A stretch of 64,000 bases of DNA from the human T2T-CHM13v2.0 reference genome, Homo sapiens: positions 2,816,001-2,880,000 of the forward strand of contig CP086569.2 in assembly GCA_009914755.4 (NCBI GenBank), read 5' to 3'. Below the pieces are notes generated by a model, which made no database searches, was not told where the DNA came from, and saw only the letters and a program-made list of their open reading frames with translations. Below, piece by piece: positions 1 through 11,700 of this stretch. Position numbers and translations under genes: made by a program. Within the stretch, counting starts at the first letter, position 1; every line of letters begins with the position of its first letter.

Positions 1-328
1 AGGAGTTGAAATCCTTATCAGTCAACACAGACTTTAAACCAACAATGATCAAAAAAGATAAAGAAGGGCATTACATAATGGTAAAGGGTTCAATTCAACA
101 AAAAGATCTAACTATCCTAAATATGTATGCACCTAACACAGGAGCACATGGATTCATAAAGCAAGTTCTTTTAGACCTTTAAAGAGACTTAGATTCCAAT
201 GCAATAATATTGGGAAATGTCAACAACCCACTGACAGTATTAGACAGATCATGGAGGCAGAAAATCAAGAATATTCAGAACCTAAATTCAACCCTTGATC
301 AAATGGACCTAATATACATCTGCAGAAC
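1..328 (+). mobile_element. L1 (LINE-1) fragment covering the ORF2 N-terminal (endonuclease) region; degenerate, with frameshifts and stops
   Basis: Translation of the + strand gives ...ILISQHRL.TNNDQKR..GHYIMVKGSIQQKDLTILNMYAPNTGAHGFIKQVL...NVNNPLTVLDRSWRQKIKNIQNLNSTLDQMDLIYICRT. This is collinear with L1 ORF2 (GVAILVSDKTDFKPTKIKRDKEGHYIMVKGSIQQEELTILNIYAPNTGAPRFIKQVLSDL...MGDFNTPLSTLDRSTRQKVNKDTQELNSALHQADLIDIYRTLHP). Confidence 0.8.
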
Positions 329-332
329 ATTC

Positions 333-877
333 TGTTGTGGCTTTTTTACTCCCATAATTCAGAAGGCAGGAGTGTTACAGCTCTTTTACTCCCACCATCC
401 ATAGCTCAGTGAGCAGGAATGTTACAGCTATTTCACTGCCACAATTTGGCAAGTTGCGGATTCTTGTCCCTCAACCAAGAGGAATAAAGTACACAGACAC
501 TGGAGAGGGGGTAAGGCAGAGTAGAATTTATTAAGTGAAAGAAAAGCTCTTGACAGTGAGAGGGGACCTAAAAGTGGGTAGCCATCTGTGAGGCTGAGTC
601 CAGGGTTTTTATGGGCTTTCAATGGGAGAATGCATGCTGACTGGTTTAGGGGTGGACTTGGAAAAGGCACTGTTTGATTAGTTAAAATGCATCATTCGGA
701 AAGAACCAATTGAGGAAGAGTTGATAAGACAGAGATGGAAGTTCTCCCTCTGGAGTGTGGATTCTATCTGGAGCTGGTAGCTTGGTTTTCAGGCTTTAGT
801 CTGTCCTTGGCTTGAAGGTCAAGTTTCACCAAGGACCCCTCCCTGTCTGCCCAGAAATTTGTCTCTTGCCACTGTCA
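333..877. mobile_element. Solo LTR (545 bp, TG...CA termini) inserted into the L1 ORF2 fragment. It carries a ~45-bp tandem duplication at 346-430 and AATAAA motifs on both strands, so its orientation is not resolved.
   Basis: The element starts TGTTGTGG and ends CACTGTCA. It is flanked by the identical 4-bp direct repeat ATTC at 329-332 and 878-881. The L1 ORF2 reading frame resumes exactly across the insertion (...IYRT | HPK...). Confidence 0.6.
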
Positions 878-881
878 ATTC

Positions 882-1255
882 CACCCCAAAACAACAAAAT
901 ATACATACTTCTCATCAACACCTGGCACATACTCCAAAACTGACTACAAAAGTGGACGTAAAATAACGCTCAGCAAATTCAAAAAGAATCATACCAACCA
1001 CATTCTTGGACCACAGCACAATAAAAATAGAAATCAATACTAAGAACATCACTCAAAACCATACAATTACATGGAAATTAAACAATCTGCTCTTGAATTG
1101 CTTTTGAGTAAATACTGAAATTAGGCAGTAATCAAGAAATGCTTTCAAATTAATAAGAACAATGATACAATATGCCAGAATCTCTGGGACACAACTAAGG
1201 CAGTGTTAAGAGGGAAGTTCATTGCAAACTTTTACCAAACCTTCTTTGCCAAAAT
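882..1255 (+). mobile_element. L1 ORF2 fragment continuing after the LTR insertion; it ends near 1255
   Basis: The + strand translates to HPKTTKYTYFSSTPGTYSKTDYKSGRKITLSKFKKNHTNHILGPQHNKNRNQY...TWKLNNLLLN...[16 protein letters not shown], matching L1 ORF2 (HPKSTEYTFFSAPHHTYSKIDHIVGSKALLSKCKRTEITTNCLSDHSAIKLEL...TWKLNNLLLND...NLWDAFKAVCRGKFIA). Confidence 0.75.
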
Positions 1256-1573
1256 TGAGCTTCCTGTTTTGATTCTTCATCTATGTCAGAACTTACTAAT
1301 TGTTAGCAGCTGGTTTATTCTTCTCTCAAATTATGTCTCATAATTGCTCTATGAGTCAATAAGTGATGCCAATGAGGATGTCAGTTATTTCAATAGATCC
1401 TTATACTCTTCAGATGGTATTTACATAGATGAAGCCAACTAATGGGGGCTATGTTAAGAAGGTGGTGAGAAATCAATGGTGGCATAAATTAATAAAACTT
1501 CTTTGGTTTCAAGAGTAAGTAAGCTTCATTTGCCACAAAATTGACCATTTGCATAATTACATATGCTAGAATA

Positions 1574-1693
1574 ATACTTTAATGATTTTTCACGTGAAGG
1601 AGTTTTTAGCTTTTCATCTGTTTTAACCAAGAGGATACTTTAATGATTTTTCCCATGAAGGAGTTTTTAGCTTTTCATCTGTTTTAACCATCA
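1574..1693. repeat. Tandem duplication, two copies of a ~60 bp unit (atactttaatgatttttcNcNtgaaggagtttttagcttttcatctgttttaacca...)
   Basis: Direct comparison of 1574-1633 with 1634-1693 shows near-identical copies with about 4 mismatches. Confidence 0.85.
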
Positions 1694-2639
1694 GGATAAA
1701 AGTACCAAATACTTTTTCAAAAACTCCCTCAATTTTCTGCAGTCTCTTAGAATGTTTCAGCCATTTTTATCTATCTTTTATTTTGATGAAAAGGGTTCTA
1801 CTGTTACAAAAATAACCTTGCATTTATGCTTAATTTTGTATTTTCTGAGACTTTGAATATTTACTTATCCTTGCTTCTTTTTTCTTCTCCAAACTCTCTT
1901 CATTCCTTCCTCCTCTGTATCTGCTAATTAAATACATCACTGCATCACCTCCAAAAACAAACAAATGCCCCTCTCATTATGTTTTTTAATCCTGAAATGT
2001 AGTTTCTATATCTTCTTTCTTCTATCAACAGATATATCAAAAACCTAAGTTATACATGTTTATTTCAATATTAGAAGTAATATTCATCCATGGGATTCTG
2101 AATTCTTCTTTTATCACAGTTATTCAAATTGCTGCCTCAGAAGTAATGGAGAATATCCTAAATACAAATTCAAAAGCCTATTCTCAGTACTCAACAAAAT
2201 TTAAAACTGGAACATCTTATCCTGATGATCCGCCACTTTTTGAAAATTTTTTCCTCCTTTTCTTTAGTGTCAGTGCACTGTTCTGCTTTTTGTTCTACCT
2301 CAATCTTATTCATGCATTTACTCATCTGTATTCATTCTTACCTTAAATAAAGATGGTTCTTGAAATTCAGCCCCTATGTCTTATTTTGGCTTTTACTACC
2401 AACCAGAGCAATTTAAACCACTATTGAAATTTCAGCTGTCACAATTCTTTGATGTGAAACCACATTTCTAATTCTGACCCCTCTGCTGAGATCCCATCAT
2501 GCATTTTCAATTGCATGTGGATACTTTCATATTCTTGTCTAAATTCCAACATGCCCAAATCCAAATATATACTATTTCTCCCCCAAATTCACAATTTTTA
2601 CATGTGTGTGTCTATAGAACTGAAATTCTTTGGAGAAGA

Positions 2640-4833
2640 TGTGTTTGATGGTTTTCACACTGCTGATAAATACATACCCAAGACTGGATAATTTATAAAG
2701 AAAAAGAGGTTTAATGGACTCAGAGTTCCATGTGGCTTGGGAGGCCTCACAATCATGGTAGAAGGTGAAAGGCACATCTTAAATGGTGGCAGACATGAGA
2801 GAATGAGAACCAAGTGAAAGGGGGAACCATTTATAAAAACATCAGCTCTCATGAGACTTATTCAATACCATGAGAACAGTATGGAGGAACCGCCCCTATG
2901 ATTCAATTATTCCTACCAGGTTCCTTCCACAACACGTGCAAGTTATGGGAACTACAATTCAAGATGATATTTGGGTGGGGACACAGCCAAACCATATCAT
3001 TCCACCTCTGGCCCCTCCAAAATTTTATGTCCTCACATTTCAAAATCAATTATGCCTTCCTAACAATCCCCCAAACTCTTAACTCATTTCAGTATTAACT
3101 CAAAAGTCCATAGTCCAAAGTCTTATCTGATATAAGGCAAGTCCCTTCCACCTATGAGCCTATAAAATCGAAAGCAAGTTAGTTACTTCCTAAATACAGT
3201 GGGGGTGCAGTCATTGGACAAATACACCCATTCCAAATGGGAGAAATTGGCCAAAATGAAGGGACTAAAAGCCCCATGCAAGTTTGAAATCCAGTGGGTC
3301 ATTCAAATTTTAAAGCTCCAAAATGATCCCTTTGACTCCATGTCTCACATCCAAGTCACACTGATGCAAGAGGTGGGTTCCTATGGTCTTAGGCAGCTCC
3401 ACTCCTGTGGCTTTGTAGAGCACAGACCCCCTCCTGGCTTCTTTCAAAGGTTGGGGTTGAGTGTCTGTGGCTTTTTCAGGTGCACAGTGCAAGCTGTCAG
3501 TGGATCTACTATTCTGGGATTTGGGGATGGTGGCCCTCTTCTTATAGTTCCATGAGGCAGTGTCCCAGTGGGGACTCTGTGTCAGGGCTTCAACTCCACA
3601 TTTTCCTTACATACTGCCCTAGCAGAGGCTTTCCATGAGGGCCCTGCACCTGCAACAAACTTCTGTCTGGACACCTAGGCATTTTCATAAATTTTCTGAA
3701 ATCTAGGTGGAGATTCCCAAACCTCAATTCTTGACTCCTGTGTACCCACAGGGTCAACACCATGTGGCAGCTACCAAGGGATACAGCTTACACTCTCTGA
3801 AGTCATGGCCCAAGCTGTATCATAGCCCCTTTTAGCCATGGCTAGAGTGGCTGGTACTCAAGGCACCAAGTTCCTAGGCTGCACGAAGCAGGGGGACCTT
3901 GGATCTGGCCCACAAAGCCATTTTTCCCCTAAGCCTCTGGGCCTGTGGAGTTTCCACAATGTTCTCTGACATGCCCTGGAGATATTTTCCCAATTGTCTT
4001 GGTGATGAACATTTGGCTCATCATTACTTATACAAATTTCTGCAGCCAGCTTGAATTTCTACACAAAAAATTGTTTTTTCTTTTCTAGCACATCGTCTGG
4101 CTGCAAATTTTCCAAACTTTTATGCTTTGTTTCAGTTTTGGAACTGAATACTTTTAACAGCACCCAAGTCACCTCTTGATTGCTTTGCTGGTTAGAAATT
4201 TCCTCTGCCTACCTTTACTACAATTTCCAAAAAGGTCCTGATCTCCATCTGAGACCACCTCAGTCTGGATTTTATTGTCCATATTATTATCAGTATTTTG
4301 GCCAAAGCCATTCAACAAGTCTCTAAGAAGTACCAAACTTATCCACTTTTTCCTATCTTCCTATGAGCCCTCCAAACTGTTCCAACCTCTGCATGTTACC
4401 CTGTTTCAAAGTTGCTTCCACATTTTTGGGTATCTTCACAGCAGCACCTCACTCCTGGTACCAATTTACTGTATTAGTCTGCTATCATGCTGCTGATAAA
4501 GACATACCCAAGACTAGGTAAATTATAAAGAAAAACAGGCTCAATGGACTCACAGTTCCACATGGCTGGGATGGCCTCACAATCAGGGTGGAGGGCAAAA
4601 GGCTCATGTTACATGGTGGCAGGCAAGAGAGAATGAGGACCAAATAAAGAGGGTGAAATCCCTTATAAAAACATCAGCTCTCATGAGACTTATTCACTAC
4701 CACAAGAATGGTATGGAGGAAACTGTCCCAATGATTCAATTATCTCCCACTGGTTCCTCCCCATAACACATGGGACTTATGGGAGCTACAATTCACGATG
4801 AGATTTGGGTGGGGACACAGCCAAACTATATCG
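2640..4833 (-). mobile_element. Complete THE1-type MaLR (ERVL-MaLR) retroelement #1. The 3'LTR is 2640-2999, the internal region 3000-4469 and the 5'LTR 4470-4833, all in minus orientation.
   Basis: Both LTRs are the reverse complement of the THE1 LTR consensus as I recall it (TGATATGGTTTGGCTGTGTCCCCACCCAAATCTCATCTTGAATTGTAGCTCCCATAA...GGCCTCCCCAGCCATGTGGAACTGTGAGTCCATTAAACC...TAATACA). A purine-rich tract (GGAGGGGCCAGAGGTGGAA on the minus strand) abuts the 3'LTR, and a TGG-initiated PBS-like sequence abuts the 5'LTR. A candidate 5-bp TSD reads GAAGA (2635-2639) and GAAGG (4834-4838). Confidence 0.85.
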
Positions 4834-4924
4834 GAAGGTTACAATAAGGTATTAAGGGTCTAACTGATATCACACTTATGGTATTTCAATTTTCCCTAGG
4901 GAAAAAAAAATTATGCAATAGGTA

Positions 4925-5045
4925 ATATTATTCTCATTTTACAAATAAGGGATTTGAGGCTTAGAGAAATTTGGTAACTTGCTTTATTTCATATGACATT
5001 AGGCAGCAGATTCAGAGTTTGAAGTCAATTGTGCCCAACCCCAAT
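4925..5045 (+). mobile_element. MIR (ancient tRNA-derived SINE) fragment
   Basis: The sequence ttattctcattttacaaataagggatttgaggcttagagaaatttggtaacttgc...cagagtttgaagtcaattgtgcccaac resembles the MIR core ATTATCCCCATTTTACAGATGAGGAAACTGAGGCTCAGAGAGGTTAAGTAACTTGCCCAAGGTCACACAGC. Confidence 0.55.
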
Positions 5046-5831
5046 CATGCTTAAAATCCTGGATTTTTTTTGAGGTTTTCCTTTTTTAGATTCATCTCAT
5101 AAATTCACATTCAACAAATCTTAGGAAATCTAGCTCAAAATAGCTTCTATATTTATACCTCTGTCCCTATTTACATTGTGAGTTACTGCCAATTGCATAT
5201 TCTAGGCCCTTATTATTTCTTACCTTCATTACAACAATGCCCTGCCAACTCCTTTATCTTTTGTAGTCTCTTTACATTTCCAATCACACTTTTTATGATA
5301 ACTAACATATTATAGAACACTCCACTATATAGGTAAATGCACTGCTACAAGTTGCCAGAAAAGGAAAAGCAGAAGATAGCATCACATTTAGGGTTATTCA
5401 TGAGCTTTTTATCAAGCTAACTGTCCAAATTATATATTTTTATTTGTGCTTTTTTTCAACCCATATCCAGCTACTTGCATGACTCCAAATGTGATTTTCC
5501 CCTTTTCAATAATATATATTTGCTCATATATTTTTCTATTTTTAATGCCATTCTCTGTGTTAAAAACTGATACAATTCTAAAAATAGAGTCACGTATATA
5601 TTGCCAGTTAATTTTATACAAAGTTAAGAGCAATTTCATGAAGAATGGACAGTCTTTTAACTAAGTTATGCTTGAAAAATTGGACAATCATATTCAATAA
5701 AAATAAAACAATACAAAATGCAACCTATATAAAAGATGACTCATAATGTTTTATAAACCTATATACAACACTGCAAACTATACAACTTCAAGAATAAAAT
5801 ATAATAGAAAAACTTAGCCTCATTGGGTTAC

Positions 5832-5914
5832 GTATATATATACACATATATATATACATATATATACACATATATATATACATATATATACATATATATA
5901 CATATATATATAAT
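5832..5914. repeat. Simple repeat, (TATATACA/TATATA)n
   Basis: Visible as tatatatatacacatatatatatacatatatatacaca... Confidence 0.9.
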
Positions 5915-5929
5915 ATTTTACCAAAAGTA

Positions 5930-6155
5930 CAGTCACAGAAGAATAACACTAGATAAATTGGACATTATGGAAATTAAGAACTTCTGCTCTTCAAAATACA
6001 CTGTTAAGGTAATGAAAAGAAAAATCACACTTTTTCTGGGAGAAAATATTTTAAGACCATATATCTGATAAGAGACATATAACCAGAATGTATAAAGGAC
6101 ATTCAAATCTCAGTAATGTGTAAACAGCAATCCTTCAAAAAAGGACAAAATATAT
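5930..6155 (+). mobile_element. Old L1 (L1M/L1P-type) ORF2 C-terminal fragment. This is the left half of an element split by the THE1 #2 insertion.
   Basis: The + strand translates to [63 protein letters not shown], matching L1 ORF2 ([62 protein letters not shown]). Confidence 0.65.
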
Positions 6156-8339
6156 TTTATTAGTCTGTTCTCACACCACTAGTAAAGGCATACCAGTGAC
6201 AGGGTAATTTATAAAGGACAGAAGTTTAATGGACTCAGTTCCACATGGCTGAAGAGACCCTATAATCATGGCAGAAGGCAAATAAGAAGCAAAGGCACAT
6301 CATTCATGGTGGCAGACAAGAGAATGTGTGCAGGAGAACTGCCCTTTATCAAACCATCAGAGCTCATGAAAATTATTCACTATCATGAAAACAGCATGGG
6401 AAAATGATGATTGCCTCCCAACTGGTTCCTCCCACAACATGTGGGGATTTTGGGAGCTACAATTCAAAATGAGATTTGGATAGGGACAAAGCAAAACCAT
6501 ATCATTCCACACTTGGCTTCCCCCAAATCACATGTTCTCACATTCCAAAACCAATCATGCCTTCCCAACAGTCTCCCAAAGTCTTAACTCATTTCAACAT
6601 TAACTCAAAAGTCCAAAGTCTCATCTGAGAAAAGGCAAGTCCCTTCCACTTATGAGCCTGTAAAATCAAAAGCAAGATAGTTACTTCCTGGATATAATGT
6701 GGATACAGGCATTTGGTAAATACACCCATTCCAAATGGAAGAAAGTGACCAAAACAAAGGGTCTACAGGCCCCATGCGAGTCCAAAATCCGATAGGGCAG
6801 ACATTAAACTGTAAAGGTCCAAAATGATCCCTTTGACTCCATGTCTCACATCCAGAGCACACTGATGCAAGGGGTAGGCTCCCACAGCCTTGGGCAGTTA
6901 CACCCCTGTAACTTTGCAGGTCCTCCCAGCTGCTTTCATGTGCTGGCATTGAGTTTCTGCAGCTTGTCCAGGCACATAGTGCAAACTATTGGTGGATCTA
7001 TCATTCTGGGGTCTGGAGGACAGTAGCCCTCTTCTCATAGCTCCACTAGGCAGTGCCCCAGTGGGGACTCTGTGTGGGGCCTTCAACCCCACAGTTTTCA
7101 TCTGCACTGCCCTAGCAGATGTTCTCCATGAGGGACCCGTTTCTGCACCAAACTTCTGCCTGGACATCCAGGTGTTTCCACACATCCTCTGAAATCTAGG
7201 TGGAGGTTCCCAAAGTTCAAATTTTTATTTTTATGCACCGGAATGCTCAACACCATGTGAAAACTGCCAAACCTTGGGGCTTGCATCCTCTGAAGCCACA
7301 GCCCAAGTGATACTCTGGACCCTTTTAGCCACCATTGGAGCAACTGAGATGCAAGGCAACAGGCCCCTAAGGATGCACACAGCAGGGTGGCCCTGGGCCT
7401 GGCCCTCAAAACAATTTTTCCCTCCTAGGCCTCCAGGCCTGTGATGGGAGGGATTGCCACGAAGGTCTCTGACATGACCTGGAGACATTTTCTCCATTGT
7501 CTTGGTGATCAACATTTTATGCTCCACTTTCTCTTCAATGCTTTGCTGCTTAGAAATTTCTTGCACCAGATCCCCTAAGTTATCTCTCTCAAGTTCAAAG
7601 GTCCACAGATCTGTATGGTGGGGGCCAAATACCACCAGTCTCTTTGCATAGCAAAAGTGATCTTTACTCCAGTTTCCAACAAGTTCCTCATCTCCATCTG
7701 AGACCACCTCAGCCTGGACCTTATTGTCCATATCACTATCAGCATTTTGGTCAAACCCATTCAACAAGTCTCTAGGAAGTTTCAAACTTTCCCACATCTT
7801 CCTGTCTTCTGAACTCTCCAAGTTTCTAGAAGTTCCAAACTTTCCTAAATTTTCCTATCTTCTTCTGAGACCTCCAAACTGTTTCAACCTCTGACTGTTG
7901 ACCAGTTCCAAAGTTGCTTCCACATTTTAGGATATCTTTATAGCAGTGTCCCACTCTCTGCTGTACCAATCTACTGTATCGGTCTGTTCTCATGCTGTTA
8001 ATAAAGACATACCCAAGACTGGATAATTTATAAAGGAAAGAGGTTTAATGTACTCACAGTTTCACATGGCTAGGGAGGCCTCACAATCATGGCAGAACAC
8101 AAAAGGAGAAGCAAAGGCACATCTTACCTGGTGGCAGGCAAGAGAGCATGTGCAGGGGAACTGCCCTTTATAAAACCACCAGATCTCATGAGACTTAGCC
8201 ACTATCACAAGAACAGCACGGGAAAAATCCACCCCTGTGATTCAATTACCTTTCACTGGGTCCCTTCCATGACATGTGAGGATTATGGGGGCTACAAATC
8301 AGGATGAGATTTGGGTAGGGACACAGTGAAACTATATCA
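6156..8339 (-). mobile_element. Complete THE1-type MaLR retroelement #2, nested inside the + strand L1 fragment. LTRs are 6156-6503 and 7974-8339; the internal region is 6504-7973.
   Basis: It has the same LTR and internal architecture as element #1. The internal region carries the family-typical translated motif DSMSHIQ..LMQ.VGS..LGQL. A candidate 5-bp TSD reads TATAT (6151-6155) and CATAT (8340-8344). L1 ORF2 homology continues on both sides of the insertion. Confidence 0.85.
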
Positions 8340-8555
8340 CATATGAAAGGATGCTTGACTAAATTAAATATACACATGGCTAATGAGAATGTGAAAAGAT
8401 TAACCCCATTATTCATTATGGAAGGGAATGGAGAAAAATATGAAATTTCTCCATGCACATATTATAATGGCAAAAACATTTTTTTAAATGACATACTAAG
8501 TGTTGATGAAGAGATAGAGCAACTGGAGCTCTCACATATTGTTGGTAGGAAAGCA

Positions 8556-8621
8556 TTAAGTGTATAATTAACATTCTAACTAGGTACTTAACAGTTTTCT
8601 CAATGTTAATTATACACTTAA
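8556..8621. other. Perfect 20-bp inverted repeat (hairpin). The arms are ttaagtgtataattaacatt (8556-8575) and aatgttaattatacacttaa (8602-8621), separated by a 26-nt spacer.
   Basis: The reverse complement of the left arm equals the right arm exactly. Confidence 0.9.
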
Positions 8622-8677
8622 AATGTTACCTGGTAATCTTACTGCTAGGTTTTTTCCTGTGTGAAATAAGATCTTAA

Positions 8678-8680
<3 letters not shown>

Positions 8681-8714
<34 letters not shown>
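8681..8714. repeat. (CA)17 dinucleotide microsatellite
   Basis: cacacaca... run; the minus-strand ORF reads CVCVCVCVCV. Confidence 0.95.
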
Positions 8715-8719
<5 letters not shown>

Positions 8720-11700
8720 AGAATTTTTACAACTGATATATTTATAATTTCCAGAAAACAGAAAGAACAAATTTCCTTGTAATGGGTTAATAAAGAAGCA
8801 GGCTACAGTACAACTATCTATATAACATAATACTACTTGGCAATTACAAATGAATGAACTATGAATATACTCAAAAACATGGATGAATCTCAAATGTATT
8901 CTGTTAAGAAAAAATACATATAAGGGGTATATTACAAATAATTCCATTAATATGACATGCTTAAATAGACAAAATAATAGGGAGAAAAACCTGATGGGTG
9001 GTTGTCAGGGATTGGGAATAAGAATTGATGACAAACAGCATAATGAAATGTTTTACAGTAATGGAACAAATCTATATCTTGATTTTCCTGATGGTTATAT
9101 AATTGACTATATTTGTCAATCACAGAACTCTATACTGAAATTGTACTGCTTGTAAAATGCAATGCCTCTTCAACCCCACACCCTCCAAAAAATACAAAAT
9201 GAAAGAAAACTCAAAACTCTACCTAATAATCAGGCCAAGCTAAAGAAAAAACATATCCTTCATACATCATTTTCCAATACCAGTAATTAAGTTTAAAAAA
9301 AATTTTTTTAAATGTATATGGGTAAATAGTATGAGTATATGTATATAGGGTTCATGAGATGTTTTGATACAGATATGCAATGTAAAATAAGCACATTATG
9401 GAGAATGGGGTAAATATGCCCTCAAGCATTTATGAGTTACATACAATCAAATTACATTCTTTAAGTTATTCTAAAATATACAATTAGTATTGACTATAGT
9501 CATGCAAATGTGCTGACTTATTTATTCTACGTTTGGGTCTTATTTATTCTACGTTTTTGTACTCATTAGCCATCCTTACCTCCCTCTCAAACCCCTGCTA
9601 CTCTTGCCAGACTATGGTAACTATCCTTTTACTTTCTATAACAATGAGCTCAATTGTTTTGACATTTAGAACCCATAAATAAGTGAAAACATGCAACGTT
9701 TGCCTTTCTGTACCTGGCTTGTTTCGATTAATGTAATGATCTCCATTTCCATTCATGTTGTTGCAAATGACTGGATTTTATCCTTTTTTATGGCTGAATA
9801 GTGCTCCATTTTGTATATGTACCACATTTTCTTTACTCATGCATCTGATGATGGACACTTAGGTTGCTTCCAAGTCTTAGCTATTGCAAACATTGCTGCA
9901 ACAAATATAGGAGTGTGGATATCTCTGATATATTGATTTCCAATTTGGGGGCATATACTAAACAGTGCAACTACTGGATCATAAGGTAGCTCAATTTTTA
10001 GTTTTCTGAGAAACCTCCAAACTGTTCTCCATAATGGGTGTAATAATTTAAATTTCCACCAACATTGTAGATGCCGTTTTCTCCACATCATTGCCAGCAT
10101 TTGTTATTAACTGTCTTTTGCATATCAGCCATTTTAAATGGGGTGAGATGATAACTCATTGTAGTTTTGATTAGCATTTATTGGATGTGCAGTAATGTTG
10201 AACACCTTTTCATATGCCTGTTTGCCATTTGTATGTCTTTCTCTGAGAAAAGACTATTAAAATCTTTTGCCTATTTTTAAATCAGTTTATCAGATTTTTT
10301 CCTATAGAGTTGTTTGTGTTCCTTATATATTCTGGTTATTAATCCCTTGTCAGATGGGTAGTTTGCAAATATTTTCTCCTATTCTGTGGATTGTCTCTTC
10401 ACTTTGTTAATTGTTTTTTTTTGCTGTGCAGAAGCTTTTCCATTTGATGTGATTCCATTTGTCCATGTTTGGTTTGCTTACCTGTGCTTGTAGAAACCTT
10501 TGCCCAGACCGATGTCCTGGAGACTTTCCGCAATATTTCCTTGCAGGAGTTTCATAGTTTGAGATCTTATATTAGAGTCTTTAATCTATTTTGATTTAAT
10601 TTTTATATAGTGAAAAATAAGGGCCTAGTTTTGTTCTTTTATCTATGAATATCCAGTTTTCCCAGCACCATTTATTGATGAGATTATCTTTTCCCCTATG
10701 TATATTCTTGGCATCTTTGTCAAAAATGAATTCACTTTGGGTGTATAAATTTGTTTCTGTGTTCTCTATTCTGTTCCATTGGTCTATGTGTCTGTTTTTA
10801 TATCAGTACCAAGTTGTTTTGGTTACTATAGCTCTGTAGTACCATTTGAAGTCAGGTAATGTAATTCCTCCAGTTTTGTCCATTTTGCTTAGGACAGCTT
10901 TGGCTATACTGGGTCTTTTGTGGTTCCATATAAATTTTAACATTTTTTCTAATTCTGTGAAGAATGTCATTGGTATTTTGATAGGCATTGCATTGAATCT
11001 GCAGATTGCTTTGGTAATATGTACATTTTAATAATATTGGTTTTTTAGTTCATTAGTATAGATGATTTTTTACTTTTTTGTTTCCTCTTCAATTTCTTTC
11101 ATCATGGATTTATGGTTTTTGTTAAAAAGACCTTTCACTTATTTTGTTAATTTCTAGGTATTTAATTTTATGTGTGGCTATTGCAAATGAAATTACTTTT
11201 TTATTCTTTTTTCACATTGTTCACTGTTGGCATATAGAAATGGTACTGATTTTTGTGTGTTGATTATGTGCCCTGCAACTTGACTGAATTTGTTTATCAG
11301 TTCTAATAGTTTTCTTGTGGAGCTGTTCAGTTTTTTCAAATATAAGATCATATCATTAGCAGGCAGGGATAATGTGACTTATTCTTTTCCAGTTTGGATG
11401 CCCTTTATTTCTTTCTCTTTTCTGATTGCTCTAGGTAGGAACTCCAGCACTATGTTGAATAACAGTGTTGACAATGGGCATCTTTGTCATGTTCCACATC
11501 TTACAGGAAAGGATTTCACTTTTTCCTCATTCAGTATGATACTAGCTGTGGGTCTGTCATATATGGCATTTATTATGTTGAGATATGTCCCTTCTACACA
11601 CAGTTTTTTAGGGTTTTTAATCATGAAGAGATATGAAATTTTATCAAATGTTTTTTAACATCAATTGAAATAATCATATGGATTTTGTCCTTCATTCTGT

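Larger units (their letters stand above)
8340..9170 (+). mobile_element. Old L1 (L1M-type) ORF2 C-terminus plus 3'UTR. This is the right half of the element split by THE1 #2.
   Basis: 8340-8560 translates to ...HMANENVKRLTPLFIMEGNGEK...EQLELSHIVGRKA (L1 has [24 protein letters not shown]...EQLELSYIAGGNVKWY). 8985-9170 matches the L1M 3' end (tagtggttgccaggggctgggg...actgaattgtacactt). Confidence 0.65.

Noticed and set aside
7231-7821. Longest ORF in the track (196 aa, minus strand), plus the similar 153-aa ORF (22944-23405) and 189-aa ORF (26664-27233)
   Set aside because: All lie in the internal regions of the four paralogous MaLR (THE1/MST) copies. The same peptide motifs recur in each copy, and MaLR internal regions are non-coding. 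This is repeat-derived sequence, not a gene.
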